Part shown: positions 1 to 11,796 of the stretch, piece by piece
Layout: each line of letters begins with the position of its first letter
Position numbering within the stretch: the first letter of the stretch is position 1
NCBI GenBank assembly: GCA_965153455.1
Contig: OZ234493.1
Coordinates: forward strand, 27,580,213-27,644,212
Length of the DNA stretch: 64,000 nt
Reading direction: 5' to 3'
From: Sphagnum compactum
Lineage: Eukaryota
Made by a program: the position numbers and the translations under genes
Notes under the pieces: model-generated
What the model was told of the DNA's origin: nothing
Databases searched by the model: none
The model's input: only the letters and a program-made list of their open reading frames with translations

Positions 1-1281
1 AGGTTGCAGGGCGTATTACTGTTGCTGCACCATAATGCTTTTTTGATATGTAATCAGCAGATGGTTGCCAATTTCTGAGATTTTAGATACATAGACTGCT
101 TGAGCAGTTTTGTTGGTATTTGATGCAACACAACAGAGGTTGCATAAGTGGATGTAGCCTCTCTTTCATCAATTTTTTTGTTTTGGGACCTCCTGAATGA
201 CCTTATGTTGATTTGTTTGGTATATGTTGGATTTAGTTGTTCTGAATTAGAACTATACCAGAAAGTCAGGATGTTCCAATAGCCCACAATTGGGCAGCAG
301 TGGTTCAGTTCTCATCTCAAGATCAAATACACAGCTCGGGGTCTATAAGAGGTGTCCGGTTGTTGAATTCGATTATGGTTTTGAAATATACATATTGAAA
401 AGTCAAATGTGTGTCATTTGATGAGTACCTAAAATGAATGTTCTTTATCATAGTGCATACTTCCTTCATGCAAATAGGATTTATTATCTTTTAGCTTAAT
501 GGCAATTGTCAAACATTTAAAGTCTCTGGTATGACTGGAGATGTTAGCTCATAATTCAAAGTCCATAGTGTACAGAATTCAGCCCAATTCTGTCTTAAGA
601 AGTCTCTGGGTTCTACTGTGTACCTTCAAAACTCCAATGAATTGTTTCCCTCGTGCCAATCTTCTTCAAGAAGTCTGCAACTGGCACATATCTTTCGATC
701 ACAGATATGTTGATCAGTTCACATAAAGCTTCCACCAGCAAGATGGCACACAAACCTGTAATGACTCTGGATTCTCAACATGAAAGAAACTTGCATTTCA
801 CCAGGACCCTTGGAAAAACTAATTTCCACAAAGCTGGTTATAAGCTGATGAGTGCCTGCAACCAATTCTACTTTTTTTATGAGAAGCATCACATCCAGAG
901 ATATCATATCTTAACCTGCTGTCAGAAATATGTCTATTCTAACAACCAGGAAATGACAATAGCCAGAGACAATGAAAATGACACAGTTGAACCTCTAGCT
1001 ACCTCAAACTGAATCTCTCCTCCATATCAAGAACAGAAGCATGAAAAACTAGGTTCTCCAGCAGTTCCTCCATAAAGTGGAGAAAGCCTTGAGCCAGAAG
1101 TTGATGTGCCTTTGCCATCAAAAACTAGAACAATAGACAAGCTAAGCTTGTTCTACATATCAATAGTGGAAAGTTCTTCAAAGTCTGACTTGCAAAACTT
1201 GCACATCATTAAAAATGTGGATTCTGTAAAATTGGTGTCATGGACAGGGTTTGGGCCACTGCAGCAAGGGACTCCATCAGA

Positions 1282-4200
1282 CTATGCCAAAGTCTTCCCC
1301 TGCTGTCTAGGCTTGGGCTTAGCAGCCATCTGCCGCTTTAGCTGGCATGTCGACACATACAAGCATGAAAATATGTAGTTAGTTGATGTATACCTCTGAA
1401 GACTCGCTATCCAACTGAAACATAAGAAATATTCAAGAAGCCAGACTTGGTTATGGTTGAAGTGCCAGTTAAAAACACAAGTGTGATTATGCAGCTTTGC
1501 TTCATCATATCAATAACAGATTTCAGCTTACTCTAAATAACAGATGCACCAATAAATTGGATTGAATACATTTGCAGAACATTTTCCTAAACCTGGACAG
1601 CAATCTCATCATGATTATAATCAGTGAAGTTAGGTCTCTTCAATTCTCTACTAGTGAGTTTTGAAGTTACCCGTTCAGCATTGAATAAGTCATCTGCAAG
1701 GTTTTCAGCATCCTTACGCTTCCGCTCTTCTCTCATGAACTCTTCAACTTCACGACCAAAGTCAGCTTCTCTGCAGTGTTCCAATTTGTTAGAGTTATCC
1801 TTTTGCTCAGAACCCAAACCACTACTTTAATGGATCCCTTACCCTGTAGATAAGAGAAATGAAAGCAACTTCATAACTGGAACTTATTTCACTCAACCAT
1901 CTCCAATTGTCACTTATTCCAAACCTGGGTAGTTTTATACATTGCAATATATGCCAACAATGTGATGGCAATAAGTAAAAATCTCAACTTCTTACCTACT
2001 TCATCCCGTCAAGCAAGTCCAGGAACCACAGTTCTTCCAGGGTTCTCTTGAACGGCCAGGGCAAATTGACCCCCAAATTGGGATCATGGTAAAAGCCCCA
2101 AAACCCATTTAAATGGCCATATGAGGCCCCAAAAATTATAGATTTGGACTCAGGGACCCTAGTTTAGTCTATGGACATGATATTTATAAATATTTAAAAT
2201 ATTTATAAGCAATTCAAATAGGTTTTGGGGTTTTTACCATGACCCCAATGTGGGGCTCAATTCACCTTGGCCCTCTAGAACATGGTGGCATACTGAGGAC
2301 ACTGTTCTTCCAGAACTTTGACCATCTTTCTGTCTGTGCATGGGCACCGTAAAATGGATAGCAAGCAGTCCAACATTCATATAGGCTTTGTGTACTCTGG
2401 AGAAAGAAATTCTCACCTGTATGGCTCTTTTGCAAAAGGTACCAATGAGGAGTAGGTATTGCCTGACTCTGCACGACCCTGTTAGAAACTGCCTGTCAGT
2501 ACCAGAACACACTGCCAAATGTCATCTGTAACACACTAATTGTACAAACTGGGAAAATGTGCTAGTTTTTCGCAACAAGCAGTAGTTGGGGAAGGATATT
2601 GCTCAATCTGGGACACCCCTAATAAGACAACATCCAAAACCTGTGAAAAGGGTTCAGGGCAACCAAGAAACCAACCTTTCTGAAGCGCTTGAAATTTGGA
2701 AGTGATCCCGGAGTTTGTATGCAAGGAAATTGGCCCATCTTGTCCTTAACAACAATCAGCCTACTGAAGATAATATCTGTCTGCACTACTGGGCATATAT
2801 CTTCCGCACGACTCTCAGAACTTGGCTTAGGAGAACTCTCATGGGGTGATTCTGTTGGCAAGCAGATCTTCCTTCCACTAGCCACAAATTGCCTTCCATC
2901 TTGTTGGCTAGAAGTTGCTGTTGAAACTCTATCTTGCTGTCTTGTAAGTTTTCCACTGTCTCTGTTAACTGTCTCAGCATCTGCTGGAACATTGGTGACA
3001 CGTATGCTCACATCAATAGGCTGCCTTGTGCCCTCCAGAGCTGTAGTGTGTGCAATATGTGGAAGAGCTTGCTTTTGTGGTTCATATCTGACATCTGGTG
3101 CATCTCGAACCTGTACCAGCATACATGATTTTACACTTGCCATCTGTTCAGAACAGTAGGGTTGCAATAGTGGCATATTTGCCAGTTCATTATGCATGAC
3201 AGTTTGCTGTTCCTCTCTCAAATTGGGCTCAAACAAGGTTCTACCTTAGAGGAATGCATGTTAGCACTGTCCTCCTCTTCACCATTGCCATCCTCCTCCA
3301 TGGTCTCATCTGAGGATACACTGGCAACAGGACCTGCCAATAACAACATCCACTTGAAATCTCCTCACAACAATGTACACCCCAAGACACTTCTTCACAC
3401 AATATAAACCCCAAATATCCAAGCAATGACATACACAATTAAATAATTCTTTGGAGATCTAAAGTCTGCAGCAAGAATGGAGAAGGGGCATATTAGTTCA
3501 TACTGGCAGGCAGAGGCAATGCTGTTACATCAACATTGCCAGTGAGCACAGCAATTACAAGCTTTTCTTCAGAGGTACAAGGTAGGTGTGCAACAGTCAT
3601 CATAAACTCTTTTGTCATCCAAGCTTGAGATATTGTCCCATCCCTTGGTTTCACCACCAGCTGCTGCTCCAATACTGCACCCAGTTCCGCCAAGATAGAT
3701 TTCGGGTTGCTTCCTCATGCCATTCTAACTACTGCACATAACCTGCGACATTAAATACTCACTCCTGCCTCTAGTTTGCGGTTACTCATCAATGCCTAGT
3801 CCATGATACAAAAGATCTTTGTGTCCTGTCCCATAACCAACAAAATGGAACAAATGGTCAAGGTACAAACTACAAACCTGCTTGGTTGCTTGTAGACTTC
3901 TTGGAAATTGACACCACACATCCACCTGCAACTTCTAAAAGATGTACCAGATATTCTCCATTCTCATACTGCAAGATACAGATAGCCCAGTTTACGACAG
4001 ACTGAACAGGCTCTGAATGGTGCAAAAAGCATATACAGTGGGTATTACAATAAACTCACCAGATGGGAAGGCCCGACAAAGAATGTGTAACCCTGAAGCA
4101 GGGATTTGCGGGACTCTGGCATAGCAATCTTAAGAGAAAGGACAGATTCCTGCCCTTGATACTTCAAAGTTGGTGCAAAGCTGCACACACCAATTATTCC

Positions 4201-6548
4201 TCAGAAACAAAAAGAGGACATCTCGAGTGAAGCACAAGACCAATGTAATCAGTCTTGTAAATCTGCTGTGTCAAATATCTTCCTTTTCTGGGATGCAGAT
4301 GAAACTCACCCTTCCAATCAAACTTCTGAAGTTCAAAATCTGTCAGATTACTGAGGAAGATCTCCCTATCTACTCATGACATTGACAAATGAATGGAGGT
4401 TAAGATGACCTGAAACATGATGGCAGTTCAGTGATAGGAGAGGTTTTTGCAGAGAAAGTCTGGAACAATCATGACAGTAGGAAACATGAGAGTGAAAGAA
4501 TCATAAATTAGGTTATAAGCATATAGCAGTTGAGGATGTGCACATTGTACTAAATACTGTTGAATCTGTGAAGAATAAACCACAGCAGAACAGGAGACTG
4601 GAGAACAAGACTCCAAAACTTGTAAGGACAACCTGCCACCAGTCTGTCTGAACAACCGGCTTGCTTGAAGCTACAGCAGCAAGAACCATCTCTGTGACTA
4701 GAGAACCTTCCTCCACAACTACATGTGTGCACCCTTCCTTCCATTTCTCAACAGCATATGCACCTGCAATCAGTGATATGCATCTTGTATTCATCCACTC
4801 CCTTATCAGTTTCACTTCTCAATTGCAGTTGTGAGGCATTAGTACACACCATGGAACACTCTACCCCAAACTTGAGAAGGGTCAGGGTTTAAGGCTCTCA
4901 GGCACCAATACACATGACACATAAACATGCAAGAATTCAGAATGCGAGATTTGATCCACATGATGAGACTTCCACTCACCATTCAGTGAAGCAAGAGCAA
5001 CAATTGGATTCTCTTTGCCCTGTGTTGCAATCGATCCTGACAGGGATGATACACAGAAGAAGAATGGAATGAATTCCACTCTGCAATACACAGAGCAGAA
5101 ACAAATATCAACACACTTGTCAGTCACCCTCAGGGATGCCTTTACAGGAACCAATATACAGTGACATTATAGAGGATGATGACTAGAACAGAAAACTCAA
5201 GCAAAGATAGGAAGAGAAATCTTTCTGCCATTAGATAAAGGGAAGGACCTGAAAGAAGTTTTGTTGGTCCCAAATGTAACAACATCCCCTTCCCTCAGCT
5301 CAGTTTCCTGGCCAGCAAGTGCAATAGCTTTTGCATCTGACTCTTTTTTTACAAATGTGCCAAACTTGGAAAGGTCCTTGACTCTCAGCAGCATGCGTGG
5401 GACATCAGAGATGGTTTCCACTTCAGAGTCAGGTCTAGGAGCTGCCTCTGTGATGAGATTTGCATGCAACCGTGATATCGCCCTGTCTGATTGAATTGTG
5501 ATGTAGCAATCTGCACAACAGCATGCTTGCTAAAAATCTCGTCGTCCAGAGCAATGTTGAATACAACTTACAATACTCTTAAGAATGAGATCAATCTCTT
5601 TGTTCTCTAGCTCAATTTCTTCAGATGTTTGAAGAATTATACCTTTGCGTCCCACTGGAAAAACTGCTGCTGATTTGAGATAGTAAGTGCTTGGAACTGC
5701 AAAACCCCACAAACAATCACCACAGATTCTTGCACCAAGCTATGTCTCATTTACATAAGAACTCTCAATTTGCAACTAGAGATAGCAGAATTGCAATTCA
5801 AGCTTGACAAAAAGGAACTGAAATTTCAACCAACAAGAAAAAAAGGGTTTGAAGCTTGAAATCTGAAGCTAGGATTGCATGACAAAGTGCCATAAGAAAG
5901 AAAGTGCATTTGCAGCAACAGAAGAAAAACAGGGTTTGAAGCTTGAAATCTGAAGCCAGGATTGCAAAACAAAGTGACATAAAAGAAGTGCATTTGCAGC
6001 AACATAATCAAAACAGGGTTTGAAGCTCGAATCTGAAGCTAGGATTGCATGACAATGTGCCATAAGAAAGAAAGTGCATGTGCAGCAGCAGATGCAAAAC
6101 AGGGTTTGAAGATCGAATCTGAAGCTAGGATTGCATGACAATGTGCCATAAGAAAGAAGTGTATATGCAGCAACAGAAGCAAAACAGGGTTTGAAGCTGG
6201 AATCTGAAGCCAGGATTGCATGACAATGTGCCATAAGAAAGAAAGTGCATTCGCAGCAACAGAATCACGCCTTAGCATCGTCATCATGTCTTCCAGACCA
6301 AAGCTCTGCAGTATCTCTCTGCAATGCAATTTCCGCGTGCAATTCACCCTTCCGAGGCAAAGGAAGTTCGAAATTGTATTCAACAGCAACAAACACTCTT
6401 GCAGGAGGAGAAATTGCCAACCAAACTCGACATGCAGGCTAAGATTCATGACGAAACACATATGTCTCTGGTGAGTAGAAGAAGAGCAGCAAGGGAATGA
6501 ATATTGCTTACCGATTGAAGCTTCCACAGCTCTCAAAACCCACACCAT
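1282..6548 (-). CDS. NBS1: Nibrin / NBS1 (MRN complex subunit), 14 predicted exons: 6548-6512, 5696-5643, 5510-5249, 5080-4980, 4763-4633, 4459-4410, 4180-4060, 3968-3878, 3674-3504, 3333-3245, 3110(or 3143)-2676, 2478-2417, 1770-1671, 1341-1282; ~587 aa
   Basis: The GT-AG exon chain keeps frame throughout. It gives MVWVLRAV.. then an FHA domain (VGRK-DCYITIQSDRAISRLHA..VKDLSKFGTFV) and a BRCT domain (WKEGCTHVVV..AAVASSKPVVQTDW). These are followed by the MRE11-binding motif NFKRFRK, then SGNTYSSLVPFAKEPY and the C-terminal acidic ATM-binding-type motif EERKRKDAENLADDLFN. The exon 9 acceptor, exon 11 acceptor and last exon are less certain. Confidence 0.93.
2038..2284. mobile_element. MITE-like foldback element in NBS1 intron 12
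   Basis: ~60-bp imperfect terminal inverted repeats: ggccagggcaaattgacccccaaattgggatcatggtaaaagccccaaaacccatttaaat versus the reverse complement of 2211-2272. AT-rich core, no ORF. No clean TSD found. Confidence 0.7.
5800..6262. repeat. ~85-bp tandem repeat, ~5.5 copies, in NBS1 intron 1
   Basis: The anchor agggtttgaag recurs at 5844, 5931, 6015, 6101 and 6186, each followed by aatctgaagc.aggattgca.gacaa.gtgccataagaaag. Confidence 0.9.
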
Positions 6549-7908
6549 CGCGCTCCACTCCTTAAACAAAACATCTGCTGCTGCTGCAGGAGGTTTGGTG
6601 TACACAACTGAACTCAAGCTCTGAAACCCTAGAAAGCATCAAGACTGCAACAAGCTTTGATGGTGTGGGGATGGATATAAGTTACAGCACTTTGAAGTTT
6701 GCACTGCTCTTCTTCTGTTCTTTCTAGAGACAGCAAATTTGCTCTTCTTCTTTTAACAGGAAAATGATCAGTTTTTAGATATTTATTCAACAATCGTTTT
6801 AATATTTTTACATATAGAGATCAATGTTTCATTTTTCCCCAGTCAATTTTGTGGTTTTAAAAGTTTGGCGATTTATCCCAAAAAATTAGCATTTTTTTGG
6901 GGTCGAATTTACACTATAAAAATGAAATTTTTAAATTTTTTCTGTGGCACTAAAAATTGTCAAAAACAAAATAGAATTGAGAAAGTTACGCCCCCCAAAT
7001 AGAAAAATCAAGAACTCAAAAAAGCAAACTACCAAACCTTACAAAGGCCAGTTCTCAAACACCCAAAAATTTCATTGTATGTTGCTCCTTTGTTGATACT
7101 AGAGTTCAAAAAATGATTTGTAGAACTTGTGCCAACTCTCTTATAGCACTTTAAATCATTTAAAATGAATAAAAATTTAAAAAAATTATAAGATTTGAAA
7201 GTAGGACTAAGGGTCAAAATGAAAAAAAAGGAATATAAACGTGTTTTGCTATTGAAAAAACATATTTTCTTTACTGCTCTTTTCTGGCTGATCCTTTGGC
7301 TGCGCATTTCAAAGATGATTTGTACAGCTTGACAAGGCGCTTCTATATCATAAGTCGAAATGGAGAAGAATTGAGAAAGATATGCCAAAGATCATAGGCA
7401 GGCGTGATGGGCTGATTTACCCTAGTATTAATATGAAGAGATGAAATTGTTGTTCCTTTGTTTTTAATTTGTAAGAGATGAAATTGCTCTTCTTCTCTTC
7501 TTAATCTTAAGATTAATACAAGAGGGGATGTCTACGAGAAATGGAGAATCAACCAATGTTGGTATGGTATATAGGTTGGCACCCAGTATAAACAATGATG
7601 TTACATTTGAATTAAATACATGCTCAATGTGGTATCAGTCAACTTGGTATTGGTTTGATATCAATATATCTTGGTTTTTGTTTTGCAAAAATTGATTGGC
7701 AACCAAATCAATCTGCTATTAGGGTTTAAATATTAAAGTGCACATTTGATTTCAGGACTTTAATGTAGACACCTCCTCTATATCAATCCTTTTTTCACAT
7801 TTGTATGACTTTGTGTTTTGGTTTTGAAAGCAACAGTGGTTCAATTATGGTATGATTTTTTTTTGTTTTTCAATGCCTCTTTCCAGTTCTAATGTGATTA
7901 TTGCACAA

Positions 7909-8605
7909 TGTTGCAACTCTAACCTTGAACTTGCAATCAAGGTTAAAGAATGAAAAAAAAATTGAGTTAAAAAAATGTTTTAAGACTCCAACATATTCTC
8001 ACAAGTGCAGAAAAATGCAGAGAATTACGTCTCACCATTTCCAAGTGAATTCTCACCACAGGAGTTGGACTCCCATAATTGTCTTGATTTTTCATGGCAA
8101 AAGTGCAAATAATAAACATTGTCCACATCAGGCCTTCTTTAAACTATTAGAAAGGTCTTAATACAACATTTATAAGTGGGTTTGCATTTTTCATATGAAA
8201 ATTTAAAGTTAAAATTATAATAAAAAATGATTAGGAATTAAATGATTCCCAGTCATTAAAACTTAAGAAATTAGGGTCAAATGATGTCTGATTGAAGCAT
8301 GCAATATAACATTGAAAAACCTTCTTCAAGGACTACATCATTTCCTTTGAGAGCTCCTTAATTATAGTTTACATGTGTGTATGTGAAAATTATGAACTTG
8401 TAAAGATTCATAACTTGACAAAATTAAAGACACATTTTGAAATCTTCAATTTTTTGACATTTCAATTGCAATCCTTGCCACCAATCACAAAACATATTAG
8501 AGGAATGAGAATGGTAATTTTTCCCAAATTTGGGTTGTGAATCTTGTGAGAGTTTGATGTTCATGGTTCATTCATGCACCATATTAACCACAGCTTGCAT
8601 TATTG
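7909..8605 (+). mobile_element. Ancient, truncated LTR fragment related to the solo LTR at 56467-57368 (opposite orientation)
   Basis: Starts tgttgcaactctaaccttgaacttgcaatcaagg, matching the reverse complement of the solo-LTR end tgtcgcaaccctagccttgggcttgcagccaagg. Further collinear blocks include gtgaatcttgtg..catggt..cacca..tgcatta. Differences are mostly transitions toward A/T. Confidence 0.65.
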
Positions 8606-9199
8606 TATGTTGTTAAAGTTTTCAATTCAACTTTCATTCGGTACTTGAATGTTTTTGTTTTCAATTTAAATGTCACAAATTATAAACAATACAAGTTTAG
8701 TAAAAATACTTCTTTGTGTTGTCATGCTCATGTTAATTTGATGGTTAATTTGATTGTTGTGAGCTTTCTCATTGTCATCGTTGTTTTTGTAGTCATCTAC
8801 AAAGAATAGAATAAGGTTCTATGTTTTGTGTTTGTTAAGATTTTGTGAGGTTTCACATCTTCAACCTTCACTCAATTTATTTTTCAATTTACTTATGTGA
8901 AATTTGATATTCATCATAATCTAGATTGTGAAACATCTAGATGAAACTAAAGACACTAGTCAAAATGTCATTTGCTTTGAAGATGATTTTGTTTTACAAG
9001 ACCTTAAAATTCTCTACAATCAACATATCCCAAGTTTACAAGTTTGAATCCCATCAAGTTCAACTTGGGCAATTACAAAAGTTGTAATAGAAACCTTAGG
9101 CCATGTGGTGTTATAATAGTGCATTTAAAACCAAACCAAAGGTTATTGGTTATTTTTCAAAGCTTTATAGTTGTTTTTTCAAGTTGTAGTAGATGACAT

Positions 9200-9990
9200 A
9201 GGGAGTATCAAACTAAAACATCAATAAATTCAATCTAGTTTGTGAAGAATTTGATGTACAGTTGAAGGTCTTGTATCTAGATTGGTGATTTAGACAATCA
9301 ATGTGTTTTTGCAACCCCATTAAACCTTTTTCTTACATTTGTTGCAACTTTCAATGTTATTATTGCACACATTATGTGTGCTCTTTGACTATATCCTTGT
9401 TCTAAAGGCCTTCAATGTATATTAAAACATGCAAGTAAAGATAAAACAACAATAGTTGTGGAAGAGTATGACCAACATCTATTGGTGACTCTTTTGGTGA
9501 AGTCTCCAAACAATTGAACTCGAACCACGGAAAGAGCCTTCCTCCTTTGGCACTTAGCATTGATGAATCATTGTGGAGAGTTGTAAATTCTATCAAGGAA
9601 GCCAATTTCTTTTTGGTTCAAAGTTATGAATTATCATTGTATTGTCAAAATCCTATGAAACACAACAATATTAAATCACCCTTACAATGATGGTGAGAAA
9701 CAATTTGCATTTCTTGTTTATCAAATTTTGGGTTTCAAATTGAAACTACAAATAATTTTTACTTTTATTGACATATTGACCAATTTACGACAATGTCGGT
9801 GAAAAATGTAAAACTTGAACAAGTCTATAATGATCTTGAAAAATTGATTGAATGATTGTGATGACATGTTGTCTTCATGTTATTATGAGGATTGAAAAAT
9901 TCTTCACAACAAAAGATACAAAAAAGGAAATGGTTGATACTCATGACAATGAATTCAAGGAAGTAGGATATTTTGAAAATGATTGCCAAA
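9200..9990 (+). pseudogene. hAT transposase relic (C-terminal dimerization region)
   Basis: Frameshifted fragments at 9680-9850 read PLQ(W)W..FAFL..QILG..IET..IF..LTNLRQCR..NLNKSIMILKN, resembling the hAT C-terminal consensus (WW..FP.LA..IL..S..ERIFS). Confidence 0.5.
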
Positions 9991-11426
9991 AATAACCCTT
10001 GCCATTTAGTGTTGAATATTTAATTATAATGACTTTTTCACATTGTTAGTATGTTTTTTGTAGTTGGTTACTTTTAATACAAATGGTAGAAGTAGCATGT
10101 ATCATACATGGTGCATGATTCAAAGTCTTTAGTTGTAGCGATTTCATTCTTTCACTTTATGCATATGCTTTCATTTGTAGCTTGTTCATTGGTTTTCTTA
10201 TGAATATATGTAATTAATGATTTTCTCAATTTGCATATTTACATTCAACAATGAATGTGTTATGTGGATCAACTTTTGCATGAGGTTATTATCTTGCCTT
10301 GTATTAATGATGTGTGTTTTAGCATTTGCAAGCTACTCTCTTGCCTAGTGTGTTGTGCATGAGTAGTAAAGCAAACATGGTTTTATTTGGAACCATTTCT
10401 CATTTCAATTCTAAAATGATTCTTCCAACACTGAATGTGATGTTTCTTTCAACATTTCAATTGCCACAATTCACCCTTCTTAAATAATTGTGTTGGTTAT
10501 GCATGTGCAACTTAAAATGTGTTAAATGACATTTAAAAATGCAACATTAACAAAATACCATATCAATATTAAAATTCATTATATCTATTTATTAGTATAA
10601 CACTATTGATATATATATATATATATATATATACCATTGCACCACCAAATAACAAACCTTGGTATTGGAGTGGTATATGAATTGGACTTAAACTTTGGTA
10701 CTTGCACCCTTGTGATATCTTTATTTTTTAGACCTCTATACAATAGGATTTAATTGGTATGTCAAATAGATGATACAATATCAACATTAGACTAAACTTT
10801 AACATTTTTTATTTCATATTTCATAAACTTGCTATGTAATAAATAATTTCATAAAGTAAAGGAAACACAATATCAACACCCTAAGTTTGGTCATTAAGGG
10901 GATGATTTTTTCTTAAATAGTAAAAATAAATATTGCATTTAAACATGGAGTAAAACTCAAATTATCACAAAATTCATTGTAATTTGAGTTTCATCCCATT
11001 TTTTTTTCATAAGACTTCACTAAGATTTCACTTTTGTGCTTCCACTACAGCTTCACTAGTATTAATCATTTATTTCAAATTTTATGCACATCCTAAACAA
11101 TAAATGTGTCATTAGTGCTTTGTTTCAACAAATTTGTTGAATTTGTGGGTAAGTAACTTTTCTAGGTGAAATAAGGGTTTTTGGATGAAACCCTCGCCCA
11201 AATGTAGGGTTATTTGCAAATTTTTATAATTATTGAAAAATATAGAGTGTTCCAATGGTATTGAGGGCACCAATTCAAAGGTTGTTCATTCATTTATCCA
11301 TTTAGGCTAAGATTTGTTATTATTCCATAAAAAAACCATGGGTTTTTTTTTCTTCTCCTTTTGTAGATATATCTTTCATCTTGGGAATGGATGATGGGCT
11401 TTATGTAATTACAAGTTGCAACTTCT

Positions 11427-11784
11427 TGTAAGATAAAATCAGCTCCAATTCACGTGTGCATGTTGTAAACCATGTGATTACTTGACATGTAAACTTACTA
11501 GAAGCTTCTAGAATGGTGGATAGGAACACAAAAATTTAGACTTGGTTATATAATTAGATAGGATTGATCTAGCACACTTGGCTGCAAGATAGAGATGATT
11601 TCTGATTAATTTGGGGGTCACTAAAGTTAAAAGGGCAAGAAGATTAGTAAAGTAACAATTAAGAATCTTAGAAAAACAATGCATCTACCTGTATATAATG
11701 CATCTTGGGATTCCATGACACACCATTTTTTAAAATAAAATTTAGTATGTGTATTTTACATTTTTATGTGTGATTAAATCTTCA
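11427..11784 (+). repeat. Copia 5' LTR (358 bp)
   Basis: tgtaagataaaatcagctcc...gtgtgattaaatcttca; direct repeat of 16878-17234. Confidence 0.93.
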
Positions 11785-11796
11785 TGGTATTAGAGT
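11785..11796 (+). other. Copia primer-binding site (tRNA-iMet type)
   Basis: tggtattagagt directly after the LTR, close to the canonical TGGTATCAGAGC. Confidence 0.85.

Noticed and set aside
1-35. Possible last coding exon of an upstream plus-strand gene (ag|GTT GCA GGG CGT ATT ACT GTT GCT GCA CCA TAA)
   Set aside because: Only 10 codons at the window edge, with no recognisable motif; cannot be supported.
5798-6617. Cys-rich ORFs (MAHCHAILASD repeats)
   Set aside because: Translations of the 85-bp intronic tandem repeat within NBS1 intron 1.
6970-7425. Possible Helitron 3' end (..gggctgatttaccctag|t)
   Set aside because: A CTAG-T end is present, but the subterminal hairpin is unconvincing and no 5' TC end could be placed.
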